64,000 nt of DNA. Origin: Pseudomonadota bacterium. Lineage in GTDB: Bacteria > Desulfobacterota > Desulfobacteria > Desulfobacterales > RPRI01. Under the pieces are notes generated by a model that was not told the DNA's origin, did no database searches, and saw nothing but the letters and a program-made list of their open reading frames with translations. The DNA is taken from NCBI GenBank assembly GCA_043825875.1, contig JBDRRF010000079.1, forward strand, positions 192,001 through 256,000, written 5' to 3'. Both the position numbers and the translations under genes were made by a program. Positions within the stretch are counted from its first letter, which is position 1. Each line of letters starts with the position of its first letter. Positions 1-10,839 of this stretch are shown in pieces.

Positions 1-1874
1 TCTTTAGCTTCGATATTTATGAAATCTCTGGTTACAGGAAAGTATATGTCAAATCGGCTTCCTCCTTCTTCCCTGTTTGTAATATCTATATAAGCTTTGT
101 GATCTTCAACGGTACCCCTGACCACTGTCATACCTAAGCCTGTACCGCTTCTTCCCATCTTCTTTTTTGTGTAAAAAGGTTCAAAAATTTTTGATCTGTC
201 TTCAATACTAATCCCAATCCCTGTATCCGATACGCTAAGAATCACATAATCGCCTCCGGGAATATTTTGGAACCCTTCGTAAGGCTGATCCAAATGACGG
301 TTTTGTGTAGTTACAAGCACTTCTCCTTTTCCATCCTGAATTGACTCACTGGCATTTGCCATAAGATTCATCAGGACTTTTGTAATATGGAAAAAAGAAC
401 CCCGGTTATTAAGAAGCTCCGGATCCAAGTTCAATTCATATTTGATATTGGAATGATATTCTGTCATTTTTTCATGTTCAGGAGTCTTTAAATATTCGCT
501 TATTATATGGTTGAGGTTAACTACTTCTTCTACAGTAACTCCTCTTCTTGCAAGCGTTAGAAGATCCTGTACGATAGCTGCGGCCTTTTCTCCGGATTTC
601 ATTATCTGCAAAAGGGGCTCTGCCATAGGACTGCCCGGAGGCATATCAAGAAGAAGCAATTCAGGATATCCGACCAGGCCTCCAAGGATATTATTCAGAT
701 CATGTGCCACCCCGCCGACAAGAGTGCCGATTGCTTCCATTTTTTGGGCCTGCTGAAGCTGCGTCTCGATGCGTTTCCTATTGGTGATATCTCTTGCAAA
801 AGCGCAGCAGTATTCCTGGCCTTTAAACCGGACGTAATTAAAATTTGCTTCAATAGGAAAGAGTCTTCCTGTTTTGTCGCGCATCATGGATTCCCTGGTA
901 ACAACTTGTTTATTCTTAAGATCTGTCCAGTGGGCGTTCCATGTGTCCCTATTAAAATTAGGAACAATAAAATTTATATTATTTAATTTAAACTCATTAA
1001 TTGTATATCCCAAAGATGCGCATGCTACATTATTAGCATAAATATATTGTCCTTCAGGGTCAACCCAGAAGGCCATGTCTCCCATATAATCAACCACATA
1101 ATTTGTAAACAAAAGAGCATTGTCTCTTTCCTGAATTTGTGCAAGCATATTGTTGAATCCGTCATAAAGCGTGCCCAGTTCATCGGAATATTTGGTATCT
1201 ACACGGACAGAATAGTCTTTTTCTGCAGATACATTTTCCATTGTATTCGAAAGTTTCAGTATGGGATCTGATATGCTTTTTTGAAGTTTAACGGAAAGGA
1301 AATAGGCCAGTACAGCGCAAACACACAGAATTGCAACGCATAAAATAATATTCCAGAATATCTGTGTATAAAGGCTTGTCATGTTTGCGCATACATAGAT
1401 ACTACCCTGATATTCTTTCTCAAAATTAATTGCTACAAACATACAGAGAAGTTTTTTGTAAAACATATATGAAGCGCCCATATAGTTGGACCACTTTGAG
1501 TCAAGCGCTAAAAACTTATTAAATTTCAAAAATTTCTCGGAGTCGGTTTTCTCTTTTATCTTGTTTTCGGGAACATATTCTGCAAATAATTTTCCGTTTC
1601 CATCAACAATACAGGCATAGCTGATGTCAGGCTCTGTTTTAAGGGCGGATAATGTTTCTGCGGCAGACTTCTTATCATTAAATATAATGGCTGCTTTACT
1701 GTTGATTCCGATAGTATTTGCAAGAGTTGATAATTTAGCAATTGCTGCGCGCCTGGATGAGATAATATTGGCTGAAATAAAACCAATAGATGCCACAATA
1801 AGCGAAATTATGCTTATAAACATAATAATGGCTATCAGTTTATGTTTTATCGATAAATCTTTGAGTAATCGCAT
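1..1874 (-). CDS. Membrane sensor histidine kinase (periplasmic CHASE8-like domain, HAMP, PAS, HisKA, HATPase); 3' end runs off the window
   Basis: Manual translation from ATG at 1874: MRLLKDLSIKHKL, TM1, a second TM, HAMP (LQKSISDPILKLS), H-box GGVAHDLNNIL in the same frame, and G-boxes DTGIGI and GTGLGM. Absent from the ORF track because there is no stop in the window. Confidence 0.9.
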   Translation of the reverse strand, partial: MRLLKDLSIKHKLIAIIMFISIISLIVASIGFISANIISSRRAAIAKLSTLANTIGINSKAAIIFNDKKSAAETLSALKTEPDISYACIVDGNGKLFAEYVPENKIKEKTDSEKFLKFNKFLALDSKWSNYMGASYMFYKKLLCMFVAINFEKEYQGSIYVCANMTSLYTQIFWNIILCVAILCVCAVLAYFLSVKLQKSISDPILKLSNTMENVSAEKDYSVRVDTKYSDELGTLYDGFNNMLAQIQERDNALLFTNYVVDYMGDMAFWVDPEGQYIYANNVACASLGYTINEFKLNNINFIVPNFNRDTWNAHWTDLKNKQVVTRESMMRDKTGRLFPIEANFNYVRFKGQEYCCAFARDITNRKRIETQLQQAQKMEAIGTLVGGVAHDLNNILGGLVGYPELLLLDMPPGSPMAEPLLQIMKSGEKAAAIVQDLLTLARRGVTVEEVVNLNHIISEYLKTPEHEKMTEYHSNIKYELNLDPELLNNRGSFFHITKVLMNLMANASESIQDGKGEVLVTTQNRHLDQPYEGFQNIPGGDYVILSVSDTGIGISIEDRSKIFEPFYTKKKMGRSGTGLGMTVVRGTVEDHKAYIDITNREEGGSRFDIYFPVTRDFINIEAK

Positions 1875-1894
1875 ATAGACCTGTTCTTCCGCAA

Positions 1895-2455
1895 TTAATA
1901 TTCAATCTTTCTTGCCAGCGATAAAAGATCCGACCTGATTTTAAGGCCGGACTTTTCTGCTGCCTTAATGTTGATATCAAAACGTATTTTATTTTCCATT
2001 CTGACAAACCCAATTATGCCGCCTTTTTCTATAAAATTATTTATATCGCTTACTGTAAGTATGTCCTTGTTTTTTAAGGCATTTAATATTGTTATAAGAT
2101 TATTTTCCTCAGAAGCACTTATGAAAATAACATGACAGCCATTAATCCGTTTTGTGTTTGACAAAGTTTTGACACGAAGTTTTTTGCCTTTTACAGTTTT
2201 ATCCTCAATAGCCATAAGTTCTTTAATAACCCGATCATCGCCAAGTATGCCTATTACAAACGGCTGATCTGTTGTATCATTAGCGGCTGATGCAGGCCAT
2301 TCAACAAATTTGGCGAAATTATAAATAAAGGCGGCCTTCAGCTTGGATTCCATGGATGAATATTCCGATGAATAACTCCAAGATATCGGAATTGCAATAG
2401 ATATTATAGGAACCATAATAATCCAACATATATATTTTATTATCCGATGTGTCAT
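1895..2455 (-). CDS. YfiR/HmsC family periplasmic protein
   Basis: LKAAFIYNFAKFVEWP and KIRFDINIKAAEKSGLKIRSDLLSLA motifs; N-terminal signal sequence. Confidence 0.9.
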   Translation of the reverse strand: MTHRIIKYICWIIMVPIISIAIPISWSYSSEYSSMESKLKAAFIYNFAKFVEWPASAANDTTDQPFVIGILGDDRVIKELMAIEDKTVKGKKLRVKTLSNTKRINGCHVIFISASEENNLITILNALKNKDILTVSDINNFIEKGGIIGFVRMENKIRFDINIKAAEKSGLKIRSDLLSLARKIEY

Positions 2456-2527
2456 ATTATTAGCTGTGTTTTATCTTAAGATATTAAATTGGTTATGTAA
2501 AATCATTTTAATACTATACAGATGCTT

Positions 2528-4624
2528 TTAAAAATACCATGTTGCCTTAAGATAGAATGATCGCTCCACCTCGTATGTTGCAAAATTCAGATAATCTTCT
2601 TTATATTCCTGATGTTGGCTATCAAAAATATTCTGCCCCACAACAGATAACTCAAAATTTGGGGTTGGTTTCCATCCCAGACGGGTATCTATCATACAAT
2701 ATCCATCTATATTTACAGAAGATATTTCATCCACATAACGAAACCACATATCCAATTCCAGATTCATGGGAAGATCCATGGAAGATCGGAAAGAAAATTG
2801 ATGCTTCGGAACCGCGCTGTCAAAAGTTTCGCTAAGATAAGCGACTTCCGCAGATTTTGATGTCAGGTCCATAAATAGATAGGAATAAGATGGTTTGATT
2901 TTCCACCATAAAAGCGGTTTCCATTCTACAGATAGCTCAACGCCGTATGTATTTCCATAAACCTCGTTGGTAGTGTTGACGGGCAGTACAAGGTGAGGAG
3001 GAAGAGGAGAAAGTTCAAAAACTGGGGTCGTATTATAAGCGCTTGATCTGAGATGGTCATATTCATTATAGAAAGCGGCGATATCCATGGAAAGTAATTC
3101 ATTTATCTTATTGCGATACCCTATTTCGTAGGCATAAAGAGTCTCTGACTTAAAATCATCATTAGTAATATTTGATATAATCATTGGAAATCCTGATGGA
3201 TTTTGAGAAGTGCCGGGTGGAATTACAAGAAGATTAGCCCGAACATCATGTTCGGATCTTGAAGGCGTTCTCACTGCTCTTGAAAATGAAGCCCATATAG
3301 AATTATGTTTATCAGGAGTCCAGAGTGCCCGTACATTGGGCTGGAATTCAAAACCGCTGTAGTCATTGTGTTCAATTTTTGCACCGAGAGTCAGCCTGAG
3401 ATGATCTTCCACTATTGTGATATCATCCTGGACAAATGCGCTTAAAAGGTCATCAGTGCGGCTTTTCGGGTCAACAAATACCATGAAGGAAGACTTTATA
3501 TTATCTCTTATAAGCCGGTATCCAAGGCCCCATAGGAGTTCGTGCTTTTCCCATGGGAAAAACCTGTGTTGAAAATCCAGATCATATGTATCAATTGTTG
3601 GATTAAGTGCGGACTGTTGTATCCTTGTCCTGTCATAATACATTTGTAGAGCCATATCCGATTTGTTCGATAAAATCCGGCTCCATCTGAAAAGAAAATT
3701 TGTGCCATCGGATTTGGAGTCTTCATCAATAGAGTTTGAATAGGGTGGGATCAAAGATGGAACTAAGATCGTCTGACCTCCATCCGAGCGGTAATGATTC
3801 CCCTCAAACATAACGGAATCTGCTGCTGTTGGGTTCCAATCCGTTCTAAATCCCAATGTATAAATATCCCAGTCATCTGCTGCATCACGCCCTGATGATA
3901 ATTTGGATTCATCCCTGTCTGCATATTTACCAAAGACACGGTAGCAAGCATTTTCGCCAAGCGAATCACCAAAACGAAAATTCCCGAATCCTCTTTCTTC
4001 CTTTCCGGCTCCGGCGCTTACAAGCCCGCCCTTTGTATCGTAAGTGCTTTTGGTAATAATATTTATAACGCCGTTTACGGCATTTGCCCCCCACAAAGCG
4101 GCGCCGGGGCCCCGGATTACTTCTATCCTGTCAATATCTTCAAGAATGGTGTCCTGAATATCCCAGAAAACACCGGAAAAAAGAGGAGAGTACACCGAAC
4201 GTCCATCCATCAATACAAGCAGCTTGTTTGCATATCGGCTGTTGAATCCGCGTGAGGATATGGCCCATTTGTTTGCATCAATTTTGGCTACCTGTAAACC
4301 GGGAACCATGCGCAAAGCCTCGGCAATTGATGTTACCCCGGAGCGCCTTATATCTTCCTGTGTAATAACAAAAGCAGCTGCAGAGGTATTTGCGATTGTC
4401 TGGCTCTTTCTGGAACCAGTGGTAATTTCAATTTCCATGAGGTCCTGGATACTCAACTCAGTCAGGTCGGCATAAGATTTTAATTCCGAATTATATATGC
4501 CGCCAAAGACCATACCGGGCAAGAAAGATAAATAAATACTTAGCAGAACCCCAAAAATTTTATATTTTAAAGAACTGCTTGCATAATTTACCATCTTCTT
4601 GAAGGAAAAATAAATTTTTCTCAT
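2528..4624 (-). CDS. TonB-dependent receptor
   Basis: Plug motifs (VITQEDIRRSG, IDRIEVIRGPGAALWGANAVNGVINIIT); C-terminal aromatic WYF. Confidence 0.93.
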   Translation of the reverse strand: MRKIYFSFKKMVNYASSSLKYKIFGVLLSIYLSFLPGMVFGGIYNSELKSYADLTELSIQDLMEIEITTGSRKSQTIANTSAAAFVITQEDIRRSGVTSIAEALRMVPGLQVAKIDANKWAISSRGFNSRYANKLLVLMDGRSVYSPLFSGVFWDIQDTILEDIDRIEVIRGPGAALWGANAVNGVINIITKSTYDTKGGLVSAGAGKEERGFGNFRFGDSLGENACYRVFGKYADRDESKLSSGRDAADDWDIYTLGFRTDWNPTAADSVMFEGNHYRSDGGQTILVPSLIPPYSNSIDEDSKSDGTNFLFRWSRILSNKSDMALQMYYDRTRIQQSALNPTIDTYDLDFQHRFFPWEKHELLWGLGYRLIRDNIKSSFMVFVDPKSRTDDLLSAFVQDDITIVEDHLRLTLGAKIEHNDYSGFEFQPNVRALWTPDKHNSIWASFSRAVRTPSRSEHDVRANLLVIPPGTSQNPSGFPMIISNITNDDFKSETLYAYEIGYRNKINELLSMDIAAFYNEYDHLRSSAYNTTPVFELSPLPPHLVLPVNTTNEVYGNTYGVELSVEWKPLLWWKIKPSYSYLFMDLTSKSAEVAYLSETFDSAVPKHQFSFRSSMDLPMNLELDMWFRYVDEISSVNIDGYCMIDTRLGWKPTPNFELSVVGQNIFDSQHQEYKEDYLNFATYEVERSFYLKATWYF

Positions 4625-4687
4625 ATAATATCCTTGCTTTACCCCAAAACAATAAACATTATCAATTTACAATAAAATCATTCTTGT

Positions 4688-4829
4688 GAGCCACTTTCAA
4701 AACGTTTCAGTTTGGTCAAGCTCAAGGCGGGCGATAATTTTAACCACAGGAATACATGGAGTATTTCGAGGATTAAAATTTGAGCCCAACGCAGAAATCG
4801 GCCAAAATGGGGCGTTTTGCAATTGGCTC
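4688..4829 (+). repeat. 142-bp MITE-like element, copy 1
   Basis: Terminal inverted repeats GAGCCACTTTCAAAACG ... CGTTTTGCAATTGGCTC; near-identical to copies at 5450, 14813 and 22854. Confidence 0.9.
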
Positions 4830-4848
4830 TAAGTTTTTGCATTAAAGC

Positions 4849-4865
4849 AGCAATTAATATGCCAG
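4849..4865 (-). promoter_or_regulatory. Putative sigma54 (-24/-12) promoter for the receptor-YfiR-kinase operon
   Basis: Minus strand CTGGCATATTAATTGCT: GG-N10-GC spacing fitting TGGCA-N6-TTGC. Confidence 0.6.
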
Positions 4866-5449
4866 CAACATAAATTGGCAAAGTATATGTAGATAATTAT
4901 TAAAATCAGAAGATAATGTTATAGTTTTTTGCAAAGCTGTAAAAATATATTCAACAAAGACTATGAAAATAAAATATCAATTCGCCAAACAATTGACACT
5001 TTAACAGATAAAACAATGGGGCATAGAACCTATATTTCTTTGTTGATATATGGGCCGCTTTTAAGTATCAAGCGGATGGATATTTTTAATTTTATATGTA
5101 CAATTAATATGAGACAAAAATAACCGGGAAAAATTTATAACTATGAGAAGAAAAACTAATACTGATTTTCTTATATAATTTTTTTATCAACATTTGCAAA
5201 TATTTTGTTGATAATATTGTTCAAAAAAGGTAGAAACTTTTTTAATATTTATTTTACTTTTTTTATCGGAAGAGTAAATTAAGGTGTTTTGTGCCGCCTG
5301 AAAGGGTGACTAAAATTATGTTTGTTCGACTTTCCCACATCAAAAAACGATCATTAAAACATAAAAAAGCTTGTATCTTTGAGATGGCCCTTTCTTCTTT
5401 ATATTGTTGAGGGCTATTATTTTATTTTCAGAGAAACCATTAAACAATA

Positions 5450-5591
5450 GAGCCACTTTCAAAACGTTTCAGTTTGGTCAAGCTCAAGGCGGGCGAAAAT
5501 TTCAACCACAGGAATACATTAAGTATTTCGAGGATTGAAATTTGAACCCAACACAGAGATCAGCCAAAATGGGGCGTTTTGAAACTGGCTC
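5450..5591 (+). repeat. 142-bp MITE-like element, copy 2
   Basis: Same sequence and terminal inverted repeats as copy 1. Confidence 0.9.
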
Positions 5592-5695
5592 ACTAAATAT
5601 GTAAAGCTTATAATTATGTATAGATAGCAGATTATCAATGATCAATACTATGTTTGGATTTCTGTTGAAACAGATAATTTTAAGGAGGGGAAGTC

Positions 5696-6079
5696 ATGAA
5701 AATGAACAAAATGAAATTTGGCGGAAAAGATTTGATTGTTGACGATATCTTAAATGGTATAAGTCGTGATGTATTATATTCTTTATCTTTCGAGCAACTG
5801 GCAGAGATTAAAAAAGCTGTTGAACAAAATTTGCCGAAAAAGAAACAACATTCCATCGATGTGCATTTTTCCATCCCTCTTTTATTTAAGCGGTTCTATT
5901 TTGTTTTTTCTTCAGGACCGGATAATCGTGGGGACAAAAAACCTCCTGAAGAGATAGCTAATCTTCGTGTTAAGACTCAGCCAAGTGATGTGGCAATTGT
6001 TGTCGCAGGTTTTTTATGTATTTCCGCTTTCATGGGCACTATACTCTATAAGATCTTTCAAGTAATAGCCGCTCGTTAA
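5696..6079 (+). CDS. Hypothetical membrane protein
   Basis: 127-aa ORF with strong RBS (AAGGAGG) and a C-terminal hydrophobic helix. Confidence 0.7.
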   Translation: MKMNKMKFGGKDLIVDDILNGISRDVLYSLSFEQLAEIKKAVEQNLPKKKQHSIDVHFSIPLLFKRFYFVFSSGPDNRGDKKPPEEIANLRVKTQPSDVAIVVAGFLCISAFMGTILYKIFQVIAAR

Positions 6080-6090
6080 TTTTGCTATAT

Positions 6091-6135
6091 AAAAAAAGAC
6101 CCGAAAAGGGCTAAAACCTCTCCGGATCTTTTTTT
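6091..6135. terminator. Probable bidirectional terminator between convergent genes
   Basis: Imperfect stem flanked by an A-tract and a T-tract. Confidence 0.5.
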
Positions 6136-6145
6136 GCTAAAAAGA

Positions 6146-8116
6146 TCAAGCTACCGACATTTCTCTTCTTGCCGCCATGTCAACTAATACTCGCTCTTTT
6201 CCTTTGTCAAGGCCAAGGGCATTTCTTTTCTTGTCGATATGGGCAATCATCATTTTTGCCATTTCATAAGGATCAGCATTAAATCCCCATTTCCCGAATC
6301 CCTGCTGTTCAAGTCCTTCAAAAAGAAGCTTGTGAAACTTTGTGTCTTCTATTATCGGGAAAGTAACACCAAAGACCGTATATACACCGGATGCCACAAA
6401 ATACTGTCCGATGCAGATGGCCTTTTCACTCATCCATTCCGGAGCAGCGCCTGCTACCGGAAGATCGGCAATGCTGTTTCCCAGCCCACCTTCTTTAACC
6501 ATCTGTGATGCTGCAACCAGAATACGACTGTTATCAACGCATGATCCCATTCCAAGAACAGGTGGCATACCAACCGCTTCGCAAACTTCTCTTAATCCCG
6601 GGCCTGCAAGGCAAGCGGCTTCAGGCGTATAGAGTCCGGCTTTGGCAAGAGCAATCTGTGCGCATCCGGTCTGAAGCACAAGCACATCGTTTTTAATGAG
6701 TTCTTTTACAAGCTCAACATGAACCCAGTCCTGTTTTACTCTTGGATTTGTGCAGCCGACAACACCTGCCACACCACGGATTCTTCCGTTAATTATGTTG
6801 TCATTTAATGGTGTATAGCTTCCTCTGAATGTTCCGCCTAACATGTAATTGATATACTCATGTGAAAAACCGTGTATGCCGATATTTTTAATTTTTGGAA
6901 TTTCTATTGGGAGACTACGGTTCTTAAACCTGGTTATTGCTTTAATTACGATTTCATCTGTGCATGATCTTGGATCATGTTCATTAAATTCAATATGCTT
7001 AGCACCTTCAATATGGCAACGGGGATTTGTAGTAAACAGATGTGTCTTATAACACTCGGCAACCTTGACCAGTCCCTGTTTAATGCATTGAATGTCAACT
7101 GCCATAGCATCTACCGCACCGGTTACAAGGATAGCTTCGGTTGACATAAAGTTGCCGGCATGGGGAACGCCGTGGCGGGACATCATTTCAGCACCTGAGC
7201 AACACATACCTACAAGATTTATCCCTTTAGCTCCTGCATCTTTTGCTGCCTGTATAAGTGAGGGCTCGTTTACCGATAAAAGCATTGATTCAAAAAGGTT
7301 CGGCTCATGACCATGAATAATTACATTAACCTCGTTTTCCTTTAATACTCCCATATTCACTTCGGCGCTTACAGGTGTTGGGGTGCCGAACAGTATATCG
7401 CATATTTCTGTTGCAACCATTGATCCGCCCCATCCGTCCGCAAGAGCTGTTCTACTGCACTGTTTTGTGATGTTTTCGTAATGCTGGTCAACTCCCATGT
7501 GTGTTCTGTTCATAAGTTCCATGATTTCGCGCATTGCGCCTCTGGGCACTATGCCGTGTTTCCGCCATGTTTCTAATGTTTTTTCAGGAACTCTTTTTGC
7601 AAAAGGAATTTCGCCTTCAACCTGGGTATAGGTTTTTTCCAGTTCATGATACAAATCTAACGCAATGTCTTTTATATCGCGTCCATCAACTTCAATCCCT
7701 ATTGAACGTGCAACATCTTCCAATTTATAAGGATCTTTAATTTTATACTCTGTATTTTTTCCGGTTACTACTTCCCTGAAAAGCTCAAGCATTGCCATAC
7801 CATGATCATTATGACATGCAGATCCTGCCGCAACCATACGAGCAAAGTTTCTTGCCATAATTGTATCGATAGTTGCACCGCATACACCTACTTTTCCGTA
7901 AGGATCTCTCGAATTAAGCCTGCATGGCCCCATTGCACAATGTTTACAGCATGCAGAATCTGCTCCTATAGGACATGCCTTCATGCTTAAAGCCCTGTCA
8001 AATGCAGTTTCAACACCGTCTCTTTTAGCTTTTTCAAGCATCTGGGCTGTAGCATCACAAATTGTAAGATCTTTAATGTTTACTGATTTTTTTGAAGCGC
8101 TTTCTTCCTTTTCCAT
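6146..8116 (-). CDS. cooS: Anaerobic Ni-containing carbon monoxide dehydrogenase catalytic subunit
   Basis: D/B-cluster CPIGADSACCKHCAMGPC; C-cluster ligands HGHEP, GMCC, DIQC, VGCTN, TGCA, MGSCVD; SEKA lysine. Confidence 0.96.
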   Translation of the reverse strand: MEKEESASKKSVNIKDLTICDATAQMLEKAKRDGVETAFDRALSMKACPIGADSACCKHCAMGPCRLNSRDPYGKVGVCGATIDTIMARNFARMVAAGSACHNDHGMAMLELFREVVTGKNTEYKIKDPYKLEDVARSIGIEVDGRDIKDIALDLYHELEKTYTQVEGEIPFAKRVPEKTLETWRKHGIVPRGAMREIMELMNRTHMGVDQHYENITKQCSRTALADGWGGSMVATEICDILFGTPTPVSAEVNMGVLKENEVNVIIHGHEPNLFESMLLSVNEPSLIQAAKDAGAKGINLVGMCCSGAEMMSRHGVPHAGNFMSTEAILVTGAVDAMAVDIQCIKQGLVKVAECYKTHLFTTNPRCHIEGAKHIEFNEHDPRSCTDEIVIKAITRFKNRSLPIEIPKIKNIGIHGFSHEYINYMLGGTFRGSYTPLNDNIINGRIRGVAGVVGCTNPRVKQDWVHVELVKELIKNDVLVLQTGCAQIALAKAGLYTPEAACLAGPGLREVCEAVGMPPVLGMGSCVDNSRILVAASQMVKEGGLGNSIADLPVAGAAPEWMSEKAICIGQYFVASGVYTVFGVTFPIIEDTKFHKLLFEGLEQQGFGKWGFNADPYEMAKMMIAHIDKKRNALGLDKGKERVLVDMAARREMSVA

Positions 8117-8237
8117 GTGCTCCTCCCTTCGTGGAAAGATTATATGTTATATTGAATTGAAATAAATTGGACAAAATTATAATAGGAATTATTATTATTA
8201 AGAATAAGATTTTTAATATTATTGTCAAGCACAAGAT

Positions 8238-10211
8238 TTGATACATATAAAAATAATGGGGGATCTAGTGGTAAATAACAAAATATTTACGAATGAATCC
8301 AACAGGTTGATAAATGAAAAAAGTCCGTATCTTTTACAGCATGCCTATAACCCTGTAAATTGGTATCCATGGGGAGATGAGGCCATCAACAGAGCCGTAA
8401 AAGAGAATAAACCAATTATATTATCGATAGGTTATTCTACATGTCACTGGTGTCATGTAATGGAAAATGAATCATTTACAAATAATAAAATTGCAAAAAT
8501 TATGAATGATAATTTTATATGTATCAAAGTTGACAGAGAAGAGCGGCCGGATCTGGATCGTATCTATATCAGCGCTGTTACAGCACTGACAGGTTCTGCC
8601 GGATGGCCTTTAAATGTTTTTCTGACACCAGAGCTCAAACCCTTTTTCGGAGGTACTTATTTTCCTGCAAAGTCAAATTTCGGCATGACCTCCTGGCCCG
8701 ATTTATTAAACAAAATTGCGTCTATATGGAAAGATCCGGTTGCACATAAAGATATTATTACATCTGCTGATAAAATTACTGATATTATAACAAAGAATCT
8801 TTCTTATGAAAAGGGGTTTTTACCTTCAAAAAAAGACAAACAGAGTCATCTATACGATGCTTTCAAATATTATTCATCTTCTTTTGATAATAAATATGGT
8901 GGTTTTGGAAAAGCGCCCAAGTTTCCTTCACCTTCAATATTCAAATTTCTTTTTGCCTATTTCACTTATGCAAAAAAAATCGAAGAGTCGGCTTTGGCAA
9001 AAAGAGCTCTTCATCTGGCTGATTATACCTTAAAAGCAATGGCGAGCGGTGGTATTTATGATCAAGCAAGAGGAGGATTTCACAGGTATTCAACTGATGA
9101 TAAATGGCATATTCCGCATTTTGAAAAAATGCTCTACGATAATGCCCAGCTTGTTGTGTCATACCTTGAGGCATACCAGATAACATCCGATAAGTTTTTT
9201 GCAGATATTGCCAAAGAAACGTGCGATTATATTCTTTCCGATATGACAAATTCTTTTGGTGGTTTTTATTCTGCTGAAGACGCAGACAGTTTCCCCGGGC
9301 AAAACTCTAATGAAGAGTTTAAAGATCCCTTAAAAAAAGTAGAAGGTGCTTTTTATGTTTGGGACAAAAATGAAATAAATGAAATCCTGGGAGAAGATCC
9401 GGCAGAAATATTTTCATACCGATTCGGCGTGATGGAAGAAGGAAATGCAGCACATGATCCACATGGATATTTTGAGAAGCAAAATATTCTTTATGTTAAA
9501 CATTCGATTGAAGAAACTGCAAAAAAATATAATCTATTGCCGGAAAAGGCTGATAAAATAATATGTGATGCAAAAGACAAACTTCTTAAGTCTCGTACAA
9601 ATAGAGCAAGACCGCATCTTGATGACAAAATACTTACTTCCTGGAATGGTCTTATGATATCGGCTTTTGCCAAAGCATATAAAATCCTTGGCAGTAAAAA
9701 GTACTTAAAAGCTGCAAAGAATGCTGCCGTATTCATAATGTCAAATCTTTATGATGAAAAGACTGGAAAACTTTATAGAAGATGGCGGGAAGAAGAAAGA
9801 GCCGTTTTGGGAATGGGAAGTGATTATGCATTTTTCATTTCAGGACTTATAGATCTTTATGAATCGGATTCCGATAATAAATTGCTTGATACAACTATTG
9901 TGCTTTCTGAAGAACACTTGAGATTGTTTTATGATGAAAAGTATGCAGATTTTTATATGACCAGCAATGAGCATGATAAACATCTTATCATCCGCATAAA
10001 AGATGATTCGGACAGCGTAATTCCGGCACACGGTTCTGTAGCAATCCAAAACCTTTTACGGTTATCAAAGATAAGCGGCAGAACGGATTTTAGAGAAATT
10101 GCGCAAAAAACCATAGAAGCAGCTTTATCGGCAAACACTTTTCATCCTGCCTTGTTTCCGTATATGCTGGCCGTGGTGTGTGATACGTTGACTGAAGAAA
10201 CAATATTATAG
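8238..10211 (+). CDS. Thioredoxin-domain YyaL/SSP411 family protein (start possibly GTG 8268)
   Basis: [47 protein letters not shown]. Confidence 0.92.
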   Translation: MIHIKIMGDLVVNNKIFTNESNRLINEKSPYLLQHAYNPVNWYPWGDEAINRAVKENKPIILSIGYSTCHWCHVMENESFTNNKIAKIMNDNFICIKVDREERPDLDRIYISAVTALTGSAGWPLNVFLTPELKPFFGGTYFPAKSNFGMTSWPDLLNKIASIWKDPVAHKDIITSADKITDIITKNLSYEKGFLPSKKDKQSHLYDAFKYYSSSFDNKYGGFGKAPKFPSPSIFKFLFAYFTYAKKIEESALAKRALHLADYTLKAMASGGIYDQARGGFHRYSTDDKWHIPHFEKMLYDNAQLVVSYLEAYQITSDKFFADIAKETCDYILSDMTNSFGGFYSAEDADSFPGQNSNEEFKDPLKKVEGAFYVWDKNEINEILGEDPAEIFSYRFGVMEEGNAAHDPHGYFEKQNILYVKHSIEETAKKYNLLPEKADKIICDAKDKLLKSRTNRARPHLDDKILTSWNGLMISAFAKAYKILGSKKYLKAAKNAAVFIMSNLYDEKTGKLYRRWREEERAVLGMGSDYAFFISGLIDLYESDSDNKLLDTTIVLSEEHLRLFYDEKYADFYMTSNEHDKHLIIRIKDDSDSVIPAHGSVAIQNLLRLSKISGRTDFREIAQKTIEAALSANTFHPALFPYMLAVVCDTLTEETIL

Positions 10212-10289
10212 TGTAAAATAATATTCCGATTCAAATCATAATTGTTTTGCTTAAGGTATTTGCTATTTTATTATACAGAATACTGCTTA

Positions 10290-10751
10290 CTATATTTTAC
10301 GTTTTGTCTTCCATCCGTACCACAAACCAAATATACCAAAAATGATCGAAAAACCCATAATTATTTTTTCCGCCCGTGTTATACCGGAAGAAGCCGCACG
10401 TGATTTCGGGCCGGCAGTCTTGGATTCGTTGTTAATAATTGTTACCTCCGCATTTACTGCTATGCGGTGGCCCATACCATCCTTAACTACAACCCGCCAC
10501 TGACCTTTTTTATCAGGATAAAACATAAAATGACCGTTACGATCACATCGACCGGTTTGAAAAGTAATATCAGAATCAAAAGATGTGATCTCAACAGACG
10601 CATAACTCATAGCTTCTCCGTCATCATATTCCGATGTTAAGAGATAGCCTTCCGATCTTGATATATAACCAAGGGTTCCGTGTGAAAACCCTGATGTTGC
10701 ATTCAATAAATTAATTGCTATACAGATTATAGTAACAATAAAATTTCTCAT
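10290..10751 (-). CDS. Putative nickel/cobalt uptake accessory protein (signal peptide, mature N-terminal His, C-terminal TM)
   Basis: SHG after signal peptide, DGMGH motif, C-terminal TM; follows the DUF4198 gene. Confidence 0.65.
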   Translation of the reverse strand: MRNFIVTIICIAINLLNATSGFSHGTLGYISRSEGYLLTSEYDDGEAMSYASVEITSFDSDITFQTGRCDRNGHFMFYPDKKGQWRVVVKDGMGHRIAVNAEVTIINNESKTAGPKSRAASSGITRAEKIIMGFSIIFGIFGLWYGWKTKRKI

Positions 10752-10839
10752 TCCCCTACCCTTTTTGTCTGTGATTGATCAGACAAAGCCAAGCCTGATC
10801 AATCACACAAATAGCCGGTGTCCTGTCGTTATAGCTATA

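Noticed and set aside
511..1878. Several short plus-strand ORFs
   Set aside because: Antisense shadows of the histidine kinase gene; the same applies to most short ORFs overlapping long genes.
4678..4881. 67-aa ORF (and the 74-aa ORF at 22762-22986)
   Set aside because: Both are translations of the MITE sequence.
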